DNA of 41,426 nt from a virus (lineage: Duplodnaviria > Caudoviricetes): the IMG/VR virus record IMGVR_UViG_3300033485_000041, positions 1 to 41,426 of that record, one strand, 5' to 3'. The position numbers and the translations under genes were made by a program. The notes under the pieces are model-generated. The model did no database searches. It saw only the letters and a program-made list of their open reading frames with translations, and was not told the origin of the DNA. Of the stretch, positions 9,924 through 20,144 are shown one piece after another (position 1 is the stretch's first letter; the number at the start of each line of letters is the position of its first letter).

Positions 9924-10378
9924 TGCCGTCGATCTACGGTAAATTTAGAGCTTCGTCAGTGATGGATTTCGAGCGCAATATCAATAAACTCGCTTCTGAT
10001 GTTGAAAAACAGGCTATGCGTGAGGCCGTGCGAAAGGCATCGACGCCGATGCTACAGGATACGCGAGCTAAAGCTCCGGTTAGGACTGGAGCATTGAAAG
10101 AAAGCCTAGCCGTAAAGGTAAAGACATACAAGCGAGGTAATAACGCAACGGTCATGGCCATTATAGGGCCAGACAGCAAATTCGTTGGTGCCAATGGCGA
10201 CACGCCAGCAAAATATGCACATCTTGTTGAGTTCGGCACTGAACATTCCGCCGCTCATCCATTTCTAAGGCCAGCATTCGATGCAACCAAAGACGAATCT
10301 CAGCGCGTTTATGCAGCATCTTTGAAACCAGCTATCCAGCGAATAGCCGCCAGAGTAAATAAGAGGAGACCCATCTGA
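9923..10378 (+). CDS. HK97 gp10-family tail/neck protein
   Basis: APVRTGALKES, YAHLVEFGT, A.PFLRPA; ATG at 9923 overlaps upstream stop. Confidence 0.92.
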   Translation: MPSIYGKFRASSVMDFERNINKLASDVEKQAMREAVRKASTPMLQDTRAKAPVRTGALKESLAVKVKTYKRGNNATVMAIIGPDSKFVGANGDTPAKYAHLVEFGTEHSAAHPFLRPAFDATKDESQRVYAASLKPAIQRIAARVNKRRPI

Positions 10379-10794
10379 TGGCATCGCTAGGCGCAACTTT
10401 TAAGACAGAAATGGTTTCGTCACTTCTGACGTATGCTCCTTTGTATGCGTTAATCGGGAATAGGCTATATGCGTTGCGTGCTGCTCAGAATCCAACGACT
10501 CCATACGTCGTGTGGCAAACAGTTAGCGCAGGATCGCAGCATGCGCATAGCGGGCCAACAGGAATGGAGGAACAACGGATACAATTCAGCATCTTTTCCG
10601 CAACATCCGCATCATGCGAGGCTATCCGTGATGCAATTAAAGACAGGTTTGACGGATTTAAAGGAACTATATCAGGACTAGTTCGATGCGAGTCATGTTT
10701 TTTCGATAATGAGATAGACATAGACCCAGAATTAGCTACGAATTTGAAGCAGAAGGTCATAGATTTTCGGTTCATGGTAAAACTTATATCATGA
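10378..10794 (+). CDS. tail terminator/completion protein (DUF3168-like)
   Basis: G.R.Y...A, PYVV, R.QF.I; position before tail tube. Confidence 0.85.
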   Translation: MASLGATFKTEMVSSLLTYAPLYALIGNRLYALRAAQNPTTPYVVWQTVSAGSQHAHSGPTGMEEQRIQFSIFSATSASCEAIRDAIKDRFDGFKGTISGLVRCESCFFDNEIDIDPELATNLKQKVIDFRFMVKLIS

Positions 10795-10822
10795 CCACTA
10801 AAATAAAATATAAGGAACAAAC

Positions 10823-11251
10823 ATGAGCGACAAATATGCAGCATATGGGGCAAAGCTCCAATATTTAGACGGTGCGACATGGACCGACATCGCAGGGGTC
10901 AGAGATATTAGCGGTCCAGGTTTTTCGGCGGATATGATTGATGTCACATCCCATAGTTCGGCCTCGGCTATGCGCGAGAAAATCAAATCTTTGATTGATG
11001 CCGGTGAGCTTTCATTCGATCTTGTATGGGATCCGGAGGATATGACCGGCCAGCGCATTCTTCTTAATCGTATGCTCACGGTTTCAACTTCCGCCGTTGA
11101 TGCCTACAGACTGGTTTTCAAGACCACGAATTCAAAGACATGGCAATTTAACGCCGCCGTTTCCAAGTTTGAGCCTAGCAACCCTGTTGAGGGTGAAATA
11201 TCTGCAAGCGTTACGCTGACCATTACTGGCCTTCCTACGCTCGACCTCTAA
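10823..11251 (+). CDS. major tail tube protein
   Basis: I..V.DISGP...D.IDVT, L.D.GE.SF, S.TLTITG.P. Confidence 0.9.
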   Translation: MSDKYAAYGAKLQYLDGATWTDIAGVRDISGPGFSADMIDVTSHSSASAMREKIKSLIDAGELSFDLVWDPEDMTGQRILLNRMLTVSTSAVDAYRLVFKTTNSKTWQFNAAVSKFEPSNPVEGEISASVTLTITGLPTLDL

Positions 11252-11272
11252 TAACAATCAAACTATAATAAA

Positions 11273-11758
11273 ATGAGTGTATCAGCAAAAATCATCAGCC
11301 GACTCGATGTCGTCGAAACATTGTCAGCAGGCGTCGCCCTCGCATCCGATGCGCAGGTAACGCACACTGGCGCATCTACAGAGAAACAAATCCAGTCGGG
11401 CACTACGGTTCCTGCAACTAAAGTTGCCGCGTTCCTTCAAGCCCTTACTGCCGGTGCCGCGACGATTGACCTAACTGCGCTTACCGGAACCAATGGTGCG
11501 GCCGTAGACTTCACCGGCCTCAAGGTTCAGGCTGCGAAATTTATTAATCCTGTCGGCAATTCCGCAATGACCATCACCTTTGGCGCTACCAACCCGTATC
11601 TTTTGGGCGGTACAGCGTTCAAATGGATTCTGTCGGCTGGTCAGGAAATGCTCGTTTATCTCAACGACGCTTCCCCGGACGTAGCTAGTGGGGCCAAGAA
11701 TATCGACATCTCAGGCACATTGGCGCAATCGCTTACCTGCGTGCTTGTCGCCGGATAA
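11273..11758 (+). CDS. putative tail-associated virion protein
   Basis: 161 aa Ala/Thr/Gly-rich with TIDLT.L motif; between tube and chaperone genes. Confidence 0.6.
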   Translation: MSVSAKIISRLDVVETLSAGVALASDAQVTHTGASTEKQIQSGTTVPATKVAAFLQALTAGAATIDLTALTGTNGAAVDFTGLKVQAAKFINPVGNSAMTITFGATNPYLLGGTAFKWILSAGQEMLVYLNDASPDVASGAKNIDISGTLAQSLTCVLVAG

Positions 11759-11763
11759 ACAAC

Positions 11764-12075
11764 ATGAACCCATCAAACAAACAAGTTGAATTCCGTTTCG
11801 ACTTCGGTGCCATTCTGGCGCTGGAAGAGAAAGGTATCAATATCATGGACGGAGGAATCAAGGAAGAAGACCTTCGTAAAATGAAAACGTACATGCTGCT
11901 GGTATGGGCAGGTCTGCTTTATGCCAACCCGGATATCACGGAAAAGCAGGCCAGAGAATTGGTAAAGGGCATGACGCCCAAGGAAGTCATTGAGCAAGTA
12001 TCATCTGCATTGAAGGATGCTGTTGTAAACGATGACGTCAAACCAGAGAAAGAGAATTCTACGACTGCAAGCTGA
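11764..12075 (+). CDS. tail assembly chaperone (G-like)
   Basis: F..I..LEE..G, L.WAGL; position before tape measure. Confidence 0.8.
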   Translation: MNPSNKQVEFRFDFGAILALEEKGINIMDGGIKEEDLRKMKTYMLLVWAGLLYANPDITEKQARELVKGMTPKEVIEQVSSALKDAVVNDDVKPEKENSTTAS

Positions 12076-12391
12076 GTCATTCCGCACACACGGAATAACT
12101 CATGAGCAGTTTTTGGGAATAACCCCGGCAGAGCTAACCGCGTTAAATGCGGATGCTCTCCGGGAGTTCGATTATGACAGGCAGTTAGAAGATAGAAGAG
12201 TGGCAAGATTGATCGCTGCAATCTATAATGCAAGCCCTAACAAGAAGAGAGGTAAGATATTCAGCGAAACAGATTTCCTACCACAGTCTAAGGCCAAAGC
12301 ACAATCTGGAAATAGCGCAGATAATCTTTTGGCAAAGGCAAAGTGGATTCACAACTCAATCCTAGCTAGTACAGGCAAAACTAAAAAATAG
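12032..12391 (+). CDS. tail assembly chaperone (T-like)
   Basis: F...TP.E, D.R.A...A...N, K.F...DF.P; overlaps G in the +1 frame. Confidence 0.75.
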   Translation: MTSNQRKRILRLQAESFRTHGITHEQFLGITPAELTALNADALREFDYDRQLEDRRVARLIAAIYNASPNKKRGKIFSETDFLPQSKAKAQSGNSADNLLAKAKWIHNSILASTGKTKK

Positions 12392-12392
12392 C

Positions 12393-14621
12393 ATGGCTGC
12401 CAGTATCGGCACACTAATTCTAGATCTTCGCGCTTCTACGGATGGATTTTCCAAGGATGCGGCTAAGGCCGTGCAGAAGGCGCGCAGAATGGGCAATGAC
12501 ATTGCCAAGGCTATTGCCATTGGTGCTGCTGCTGTTGGTGCTGGTCTATCAGTTGTAGTAAAAGAGGCCAATGAGCGCATCGACGCATTGGCAAAATCAG
12601 CCGACAGGATGGGAATACCGATTGAGCGCCTTAGGGCGATTCAGGAGGTTGGCGATAAGGCTGGTGTTTCGATTGAATCGACGAATGCGGCGATGCAGCA
12701 GATGCAGAAGAATGTTTTTCTCGCAGCTGCTGGTAGTGAGAAGGCTGGATATGGATTCAGGGCATTGGGTCTTAACGTCAAGGAGATGCTTGCATTATCG
12801 CCAGACAAGCAATTCGACAAAGTAAGCGATGCACTAGGACGCGTTGAGAATCAGACAGCGAAGGCGGGTATAGCTACGAAGATTTTTGGCGATGCTGGCG
12901 CGGCAATGCTTAATGTGATGAAAGATGGATCGGCTGCAATGGATGAGGCCGATAAGAAGCTTAGAAGCCTTGGCGTTACTGTCTCACGAATAGATGCCGC
13001 CAAGATAGAAATTGCGAATGACGCGATGTCAGATTTGAAGCTAATCGCGGAGGGCGCAGGAAATCAACTTGCTATTGCGCTGGCTCCTATACTGGCTGGA
13101 ATCTCGCAACAATTATTGAAGCTGGCTGGAGATACGAAAGGGTTTTCCGATTGGATTCTAAAACTGGTTGAATGGGGAGTAACTGGTGTAGGTTATTTGG
13201 CCGACGCATTCAGAGGTTGGCAGGTAATCATTAAGGCCGGTGAAATTGCGTTTATTGCGATGTATAGCGCGATAGACTGGGTTTTCAAAAATATAAAGGT
13301 GGCAGTTCTTTCCGTTGGCGCTGTCATCGCAGAATCATTGCGCGGATGGCAGATGATTTCTAAAGTGGTTGAAATCGCGTTTTATACGGTAATGGATGCG
13401 ACTAAGGGCGCGATCCAGCCAGTTCTTGATTTCGTTTTAGCTGGCGTCAATAAACTGATAGTAACGATAAATTCGCTGGCTGGGACTAAGTTCGATCAAG
13501 TAAAATTAGATCTTACGAAAACGGACTGGGATGCTAAGATAGCCGAGGCAAAAGCTGATTTAGCTAAACTTTCCACTACGCCAACTGGTACATCTAAGGC
13601 ACTTGATTCAGCAAAGGCAGATTTAGCTAAATTTAATTCACAACTCAGAGCAGGAACAGACCAATATTCTGCTGCAATTAAAAGTACGTGGGGTGAGCTT
13701 GAGAAATTATTGCTAAAGCAGCTTCCATCTGATCAATTGCAGCAATGGCTGGCTAAAGTTCGGGCTGCAACAACTGCAACCGCTAAAGGCATCGCTGAAT
13801 CTACGAAGCCGATTTTCCAGCCAGAGGTAAAAGTAGAGCCGTTGAAAGAGTTGCATGGCTATCTTTGGGACATATTGGATACGTCTCAATTGGTGTTCAA
13901 TGGAATCGAGGACGTTGCCAAGTCCATGTCTGACTCCATCGGGAAACTAGTCCGTGGCACAATGACATGGAATGAGGCACTACTTGAAATATCTAACACG
14001 ATTATTACGAGCGTTCTTTCGTCTTTGATTCAGATGGCAGCGCAGTGGTTGGCCTCGCAAATAGCCGCGATGGTCGGTATCCAGACTACACAGGCAGCAA
14101 CGATGGCGGCATCTACATCGGCCACATTGGCCTCAGCGCAGTCTATACAGGCCGCATGGATACCAGCAGCCATAGCCGCCTCAATTGCCACCTATGGAAC
14201 CGCAGCATGGACTGGCTTGGGTTCGTTCATTGCTGCTACGGCGCTAGGAACTGCCGCTGCGGTTGGCATCGGCGCAATTGGTTCATATGCTGGAGCCGCA
14301 CTAAATGCTAGTGCGTCATCATCTGGCGCTAGGGCTCAAGGTGGGCGTGTCAATTCAGGTTCACTTTATCAGGTGAACGAAAAAGGCGTCGAGATGTTCC
14401 GGCCCGATGTTTCCGGCGAAGTAATCCCTATGGGGAAATACGAGAAGGATATGAACGGCGGAAGCGGTGGCCAATCCATTAACATTACGCAGACTTTTAC
14501 TGGAGGAGTAACAGAGCGCGATTTAGCCACTCAAGCAGCCAAGACTAAGCGAGAAACTATAGAGGCCGTGGTTGACGGTATCAATCGTGGAGGCCAGTTC
14601 CGCAAGGCGATGCACAAATAA
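12393..14621 (+). CDS. tail tape measure protein
   Basis: 742 aa Ala-rich helical; C-terminal RA.GG.V..G..Y.V.E.G.E.F.P. Confidence 0.93.
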   Translation: MAASIGTLILDLRASTDGFSKDAAKAVQKARRMGNDIAKAIAIGAAAVGAGLSVVVKEANERIDALAKSADRMGIPIERLRAIQEVGDKAGVSIESTNAAMQQMQKNVFLAAAGSEKAGYGFRALGLNVKEMLALSPDKQFDKVSDALGRVENQTAKAGIATKIFGDAGAAMLNVMKDGSAAMDEADKKLRSLGVTVSRIDAAKIEIANDAMSDLKLIAEGAGNQLAIALAPILAGISQQLLKLAGDTKGFSDWILKLVEWGVTGVGYLADAFRGWQVIIKAGEIAFIAMYSAIDWVFKNIKVAVLSVGAVIAESLRGWQMISKVVEIAFYTVMDATKGAIQPVLDFVLAGVNKLIVTINSLAGTKFDQVKLDLTKTDWDAKIAEAKADLAKLSTTPTGTSKALDSAKADLAKFNSQLRAGTDQYSAAIKSTWGELEKLLLKQLPSDQLQQWLAKVRAATTATAKGIAESTKPIFQPEVKVEPLKELHGYLWDILDTSQLVFNGIEDVAKSMSDSIGKLVRGTMTWNEALLEISNTIITSVLSSLIQMAAQWLASQIAAMVGIQTTQAATMAASTSATLASAQSIQAAWIPAAIAASIATYGTAAWTGLGSFIAATALGTAAAVGIGAIGSYAGAALNASASSSGARAQGGRVNSGSLYQVNEKGVEMFRPDVSGEVIPMGKYEKDMNGGSGGQSINITQTFTGGVTERDLATQAAKTKRETIEAVVDGINRGGQFRKAMHK

Positions 14622-15229
14622 TGATAACCTACCCAATAGATCATCCTACTAGCCCTGGATTCACAGGCATAAAGTGGAGCCCTAGGTCTGCGGTTGCCAC
14701 ACAGGAAAGCCCATTCACTTTTCACGAGAAAACTTATGTATGGGCAGGGCAACAGCGAATAGTCGGAATAGAGCTTCCTGCGATGGCTATGTCCGACGCT
14801 AAACAATGGTCAACTTTTGGGCTGGAGCTCAACGGCTCAGAGGGCACTTTTTATTTGCGTGATTCATTGGGTAAGTATGCGCAAGGAGCTGTCACAGGCA
14901 TTGGATACGTTAAAGGCGCTAGCCAGACCGGCCAAGACTTGATAACCGATGGATGGGCCGCGAATGTATCTGGCTTATTCAAAAAAGGCGATTGGATACA
15001 GGTTGGAACTAGGCTTCACACAGTATTGGTGGATGCCGATTCAAACGCATCTGGCGAAGCAACGCTTTCGCTATGGCCCAAGATTAGAACTGCTCCCGCC
15101 GATAATCTTGAATTGCCGTATGGAGAAAACGCAAAAGGCCTATTTAGATTAACGTCATTTCCTGAGTTCGGCTGGGACGTATCACGCTTAATGGTTGGGT
15201 TCACGTTCCAAGCTAAGGAGGTAATATGA
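14621..15229 (+). CDS. distal tail protein
   Basis: Directly after tape measure; SPFT, L.G..GTF, GD..Q.G, G.ATL..WP..R. Confidence 0.75.
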   Translation: MITYPIDHPTSPGFTGIKWSPRSAVATQESPFTFHEKTYVWAGQQRIVGIELPAMAMSDAKQWSTFGLELNGSEGTFYLRDSLGKYAQGAVTGIGYVKGASQTGQDLITDGWAANVSGLFKKGDWIQVGTRLHTVLVDADSNASGEATLSLWPKIRTAPADNLELPYGENAKGLFRLTSFPEFGWDVSRLMVGFTFQAKEVI

Positions 15230-15804
15230 GCGAGCGGACACTTTCAGCCGAGTTAATATCTCGGATTTCTGCCAATATTGTAAAACCAGCTATTTTACTT
15301 AGCGCCGAATTCCCTAGCGGAACAAAGCGTTACTGGTCAGGGCTGCACGATATAACCTATGGTGGCAATACGTATCTAGGCGTTGGCGGTGCTATCGGAT
15401 ACGAAACATTTTCCGAAACTACCGACACGTCCGCAAAGGGAATAACTGCGCGAGTAAATGGGCTTGATCCAGAATTCGTAAATCTGTTATTGAACAGCAA
15501 CTATCAGGGCGGAACGGTAATAATTTATCTTGGTTTTTGGGATCAGGCCGAAAGCAATCTTGAGGTTATGTCCGATCCGCTATGGAGGGGTATTCTTGAT
15601 TCTGATGACATCGAGGACACTGGAGAAACCGCTAATATCTCAGTCAAGGCTGAACATCGCATGGTAGATATTCTACGCAAACGCGAATTCCGATGCACAG
15701 ATCAAGACCAACAGCTTCTATATCCAGGGCAGGGCGATACATTTTTCAACAAGATCGAGCAAATTCAAGATGTCTCGATTCCTTGGGGGAGGACTCAAGC
15801 ATGA
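15226..15804 (+). CDS. minor tail/hub protein
   Basis: WSG, Y.G.G, G..D, TD.DQ...YPG..D.FF, I.WGR. Confidence 0.7.
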   Translation: MSERTLSAELISRISANIVKPAILLSAEFPSGTKRYWSGLHDITYGGNTYLGVGGAIGYETFSETTDTSAKGITARVNGLDPEFVNLLLNSNYQGGTVIIYLGFWDQAESNLEVMSDPLWRGILDSDDIEDTGETANISVKAEHRMVDILRKREFRCTDQDQQLLYPGQGDTFFNKIEQIQDVSIPWGRTQA

Positions 15805-16226
15805 CCGTGCAACGTCTTCCTGATTGGCCTGAACTTCTATGCGCTGCTATTGAAGAGCGCCGCTCAATACAGTTCCAATGGGGGCCGAATGATTGTGTAT
15901 CATGCGCTTCGTCAATCATAGCAAAATTCACCTGTACAGATATTATGAAAGCCTATCGTGGCTCTTATTCGTCAGCACTCGGGGCGATGCGATTATTCAA
16001 GGAGCATGGAGGATTTTTGGATTTGGTCGATAAGACATGTGAGGAGCACGGGGTGCTTACAATACCGAATGGATTCGCAGGACGCGGAGACCTATCCGCG
16101 CATAAATTAGACGGGCGCATTTCTCTAGCTATCGTAAGCGGAGCCGGTTGGTCATGGGCTCCATGTAAGAATGGACTGACAATTCTTCCAATGGAAACAG
16201 CGATAAAATCGTGGAGGGTAAACTAA
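15801..16226 (+). CDS. tail tip assembly protein, NlpC/P60-like (DUF6950-like)
   Basis: RL.DW...L, F.WG..DC, RGD motifs; ATGA overlap. Confidence 0.75.
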   Translation: MTVQRLPDWPELLCAAIEERRSIQFQWGPNDCVSCASSIIAKFTCTDIMKAYRGSYSSALGAMRLFKEHGGFLDLVDKTCEEHGVLTIPNGFAGRGDLSAHKLDGRISLAIVSGAGWSWAPCKNGLTILPMETAIKSWRVN

Positions 16227-17905
16227 TGCCAATGATCCCGGCATGGGTTGCATATGTTTTGATTGCTGCTGCAATGGTGTATTCCTACACCGCTGCGCAA
16301 CAGGCGAAGAAGGCTGCACAACGTGCGCTTGGCCGGTCATCTACTCAGGAAAAACGTGGGCTGCTTTATCAATCGCGGGCATCATCGCAGCCTAGGCGTC
16401 TCGTATATGGACGTACTAGAATTGGCGGGCTTGAAGTGTATCTAGGTAGCTCAGGAAATGACAACGAGTATTTTCACTACATACTTTATTGGTGCGAAGG
16501 ACCGGTTGTAGGTGTTGAAAAGATATTCTTCGATGACGAGGAAGTTATTTTTGATTTGAGTGGTAACGCTGTAGGTAAATATGCTGGACACGTAAAAATC
16601 GTGAATAGGCGCGGCGTTACAGGACAGGCTGTAATATCTGAGGCCGTGGCAGAACTGCCGGGATGGACTACTACTGATATTGGCGTAAATTGCTGCTACT
16701 CTTGGATAAGAGTTAAGTTCAGTGAATCACTATTCCCGAATGGTATGCCATCGATTTCTTCGGTTATTCAGGGGCGAGATGACGTTATTGATTACAGAGT
16801 ACCTATTGCGGCGTATTCCAATAACGCTGCGCTTTGCTTGGCACACTATTTGAGCCTTGAGAGAATAGGCCCAGATATTAGCCCGTATTACGAACTGGAT
16901 CAGACTACACTTAATGCAGCGGCGAATGTATGCGATGAAAACGTTTCGCTGTCAACCGGCGGGGCTGAGAAGCGATACACATTCGACGGTATAATCCAGT
17001 TGGACGAAGAGCCAGAGAGCATAATCGAATCGTTCAGGACGGCAATGGCCGGTACTGCTGTCTATTCCGGAGGGCGCTGGAGGATTTACGCAGGGGTATA
17101 CATCACGCCAACGTTTGAATTGACGGAAGACATGATAGTTGGCCCTGTTAATCTAAAAACTAAGGTATCGAAATCGGACAAGTATAACACGGCTAAGGGC
17201 GTCTATTCTTCAGAATTATTCAAATGGCAACCGACCGATTTCGTCGCGTATGTCGATACGACCGCATTGGCTGACGACAAAGAGGAGCTTGTTACCGACA
17301 TAGAGCTAATCAATACAAACTCTCCAACCAGATGCCGTAGAATAGCCAAGATCGACACTAAGAGGTCGAGGCTATCACGGACGATAACAGCCGATTTTAA
17401 CGTAGAGGCCTTGCGCGTTCAGCCAGGGTTGCCGGTTCTTTTCACGTTCGCTAGATACGGGTTCAACCAACTGCCAATGGACGTGCTTGAATACGGAATG
17501 AGCATTCAGGAAAATCAAATACGAGTTCGCCTAACATTGCGCGAAACTAGCTCTGATGTCTACGCATGGATAACCGCAGAGGACAAGGCCAGCGAAGTCG
17601 TGGCTGGCGGCGAACCTTCGATTCAAGACCCAAATCAAGTATCCCCTGTTCTAGTTGACCCTTCTGGCGGGTCATATAGTGCCGATGTAACGGTTAGTCT
17701 CGCCTGCGCTACTATAGGAGCGACTATCAAATATCAGATTGTTGCATATCAAGCCGACGAAGGAGTAGCATGGACTACTTACACGGCCCCTTTTTATGTT
17801 CCTAAAGATTTATCTGGAGCATCACTGTGGGTATATGCTACAAAGGCTACGCTGACAGATAGTGCACACGCTAGATATGATTACGAATTTTACGACGAAG
17901 TTTAA
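16226..17905 (+). CDS. tail tip/host-specificity protein with C-terminal Fn3-associated (CHB_HEX_C-like) domain
   Basis: PRR.VYGR.R.GG, YSNN.ALC...YL, AANVCDE.V, KRY...G; C-terminal P.GG.Y....V.L...T.GA.I.Y...YT.P. Confidence 0.85.
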   Translation: MPMIPAWVAYVLIAAAMVYSYTAAQQAKKAAQRALGRSSTQEKRGLLYQSRASSQPRRLVYGRTRIGGLEVYLGSSGNDNEYFHYILYWCEGPVVGVEKIFFDDEEVIFDLSGNAVGKYAGHVKIVNRRGVTGQAVISEAVAELPGWTTTDIGVNCCYSWIRVKFSESLFPNGMPSISSVIQGRDDVIDYRVPIAAYSNNAALCLAHYLSLERIGPDISPYYELDQTTLNAAANVCDENVSLSTGGAEKRYTFDGIIQLDEEPESIIESFRTAMAGTAVYSGGRWRIYAGVYITPTFELTEDMIVGPVNLKTKVSKSDKYNTAKGVYSSELFKWQPTDFVAYVDTTALADDKEELVTDIELINTNSPTRCRRIAKIDTKRSRLSRTITADFNVEALRVQPGLPVLFTFARYGFNQLPMDVLEYGMSIQENQIRVRLTLRETSSDVYAWITAEDKASEVVAGGEPSIQDPNQVSPVLVDPSGGSYSADVTVSLACATIGATIKYQIVAYQADEGVAWTTYTAPFYVPKDLSGASLWVYATKATLTDSAHARYDYEFYDEV

Positions 17906-17923
17906 CAATCAAAATTTACACCA

Positions 17924-20143
17924 ATGAGCGCAAGAACGATGTGGATAGCAGCCGATGCGGCGAAACTAAAAACAACTGTAACGGATCGCCACGGCAATTC
18001 GCTACAGGCAGCAATCGGTGCAACGCTACGGCTTAGGCTTGGGCTATTTGAAAATGCTGCGCTTGATTCACTGGCTGGTTTCACGGCAATTACAGTCGAG
18101 GTTAAGCCTTTCAACGCTGACGAAAACACGGTGGCAATAATTCAGTCTGTTCTTGATTCTGGCGACATAAATTCAGCACTAACGCTCGCTCAGTGGTCTG
18201 CAATGTCGGCTTCACATCTTGACGTTACTTTTAGCGGAGCAGAAACAAACAATGCCAATGCGCAGAAATATTTACTGTGTATATGGGGTACAGACGGCAC
18301 AGTTAAGAAGACGTGGTTCAGCCAGATAATCGAATTCATAGAGGACGGATGCGGCGAGAACACCACCGCTCCTTTGCCAGTTGAGTCGTATTACACAAGC
18401 ACGGAAATTGACGCCAGTTTTCAGGTAGTGCCATTGGTAAAGGAAACCGTAACACTAATGAAGAGTACGTCATATGCTAGCATAGCTGATAAACGCGACA
18501 TCGAACTGCTTGGTTACAACTTCGCAGGCGACGAAGGAGGCGGAAAGTTCCGCGTTGACAAGGCTGACACGACTACGGCGGATAATGGCGTAACTGTATT
18601 TGTGGCGAGTGATGGGACGCGATTAAAATCTATTAATCCTATTACATCGCTTAAGCAAGGTGGAGCAATCGGAGATGGAACCACAGACGACACTGCTCGA
18701 ATTACATCGATCATTGCCGCGATTCCATCGTCGTATAAATTAAAAACCGGTACAGGGAATTATAAGATAACTGCTGCAATACCTATAACATCGAAGAACA
18801 TTTCGATTGACGCGACTGGATCGACTTTTACACTCGTTGGAGATAATGCAGGATTTAATATACGAGGAACTGTAACTAGTTTCGATTGGATGTGTGGTCA
18901 ATTCATAGGTGACTCAGTTAATAGAGATGCAGACTCTAGCAAAATTCAGCTTGGAATACTTATCGGTAATAATGCGGGCGATACAATCTCAAATGTTACG
19001 ATATTTGGCGTGAAAACTAAGGATACGAATAATGGCATTAAGATCACAAACGGAACAGTTGGCAATCCAGGGCTTACGAAGAATGTTTCGGTTATAAACT
19101 GCTTCGCAGAAAATCAAATAGGTGCTGTGGGCGGTACAGGTTACGGGTTTATATTTGCCGGAGTTTACGATGTTCGAATTTCAAATTCTGTGGCTGATGG
19201 ATGTAAGCGACATGGGATATATTTTTCGGGAGGAAAGGGAGCTCAGGCCGTAAACTGCACAATTAAAAATTGCGGCACTACATCATTGATACGCGGGGCG
19301 TTTGCTTCCTCCAGGACGGCCGATGTATCAATTTCAAATTGCGTTATTCGCGACAATGTAGATGTGGGTATGTTCATAGATCACGATGGCCAAGGCGTCG
19401 CTCCAGACAATGTATGTAAAAAGATAGCAGTTAGTAACTGCATATTTGATAACAATTCAGTCGGAGATATTAGCATCGGGGCGTCGAACCCGGCAACGGT
19501 AACACCGATTGAGGATGTCATCATATCATCGTGCACACTTCGAGGTACTTCAAATAGCGCATCAATCAAAATATATTCGGGTTTGAATATCAAACTCGAC
19601 AACATAACATCCGACTATACTGGCGGCTCTGGTTCAACGCACGTCATTATCTACGCTTCAGACGGAGATACCTACATAAGCAATCTAAATATCACAAATT
19701 GTCATTTCATCGGTATGACTTGGGGAATAGAAATACCTGTCAGTCTGGCCACAGGAACTAGCAAGGGATTTATTATAAATAATCGCTATGACACCACAGC
19801 CCCTATAAATATGATAGGCGGTAACAATTCTCAAACAAATCCGAATCTAATAATTCGTCGCAGTGATTGGGAAGTTCGAGATTATCTGGCAGGATCGGCA
19901 ACTCCATGTGTTGCTGGTCTTGATTGTTTGGTTGTGGCCAATGCCGGCCCGACGACGATCTCCGATCTTTTTGGTGGCCAGGAAGGCCAGCGTGTCACGC
20001 TTTGGTTTGCCGATGGTAACACCACGATTTCAAACGCCAACTTCCATATTGCAAGTGCGTCGTACACGCCTACGGCAGACGACACACTAACTTTAGTTAT
20101 GGCTAACTCTTCATGGCGTGAGATTTCAAGAAGCGCGAACTAA
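17924..20143 (+). CDS. tailspike / putative depolymerase (right-handed beta-helix)
   Basis: GY..AGD.GGG.F..D....T.DNG, GAIGDGTTDDT, repeated I.N/S.C..(N) rungs. Confidence 0.88.
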   Translation: MSARTMWIAADAAKLKTTVTDRHGNSLQAAIGATLRLRLGLFENAALDSLAGFTAITVEVKPFNADENTVAIIQSVLDSGDINSALTLAQWSAMSASHLDVTFSGAETNNANAQKYLLCIWGTDGTVKKTWFSQIIEFIEDGCGENTTAPLPVESYYTSTEIDASFQVVPLVKETVTLMKSTSYASIADKRDIELLGYNFAGDEGGGKFRVDKADTTTADNGVTVFVASDGTRLKSINPITSLKQGGAIGDGTTDDTARITSIIAAIPSSYKLKTGTGNYKITAAIPITSKNISIDATGSTFTLVGDNAGFNIRGTVTSFDWMCGQFIGDSVNRDADSSKIQLGILIGNNAGDTISNVTIFGVKTKDTNNGIKITNGTVGNPGLTKNVSVINCFAENQIGAVGGTGYGFIFAGVYDVRISNSVADGCKRHGIYFSGGKGAQAVNCTIKNCGTTSLIRGAFASSRTADVSISNCVIRDNVDVGMFIDHDGQGVAPDNVCKKIAVSNCIFDNNSVGDISIGASNPATVTPIEDVIISSCTLRGTSNSASIKIYSGLNIKLDNITSDYTGGSGSTHVIIYASDGDTYISNLNITNCHFIGMTWGIEIPVSLATGTSKGFIINNRYDTTAPINMIGGNNSQTNPNLIIRRSDWEVRDYLAGSATPCVAGLDCLVVANAGPTTISDLFGGQEGQRVTLWFADGNTTISNANFHIASASYTPTADDTLTLVMANSSWREISRSAN

Positions 20144-20144
20144 C

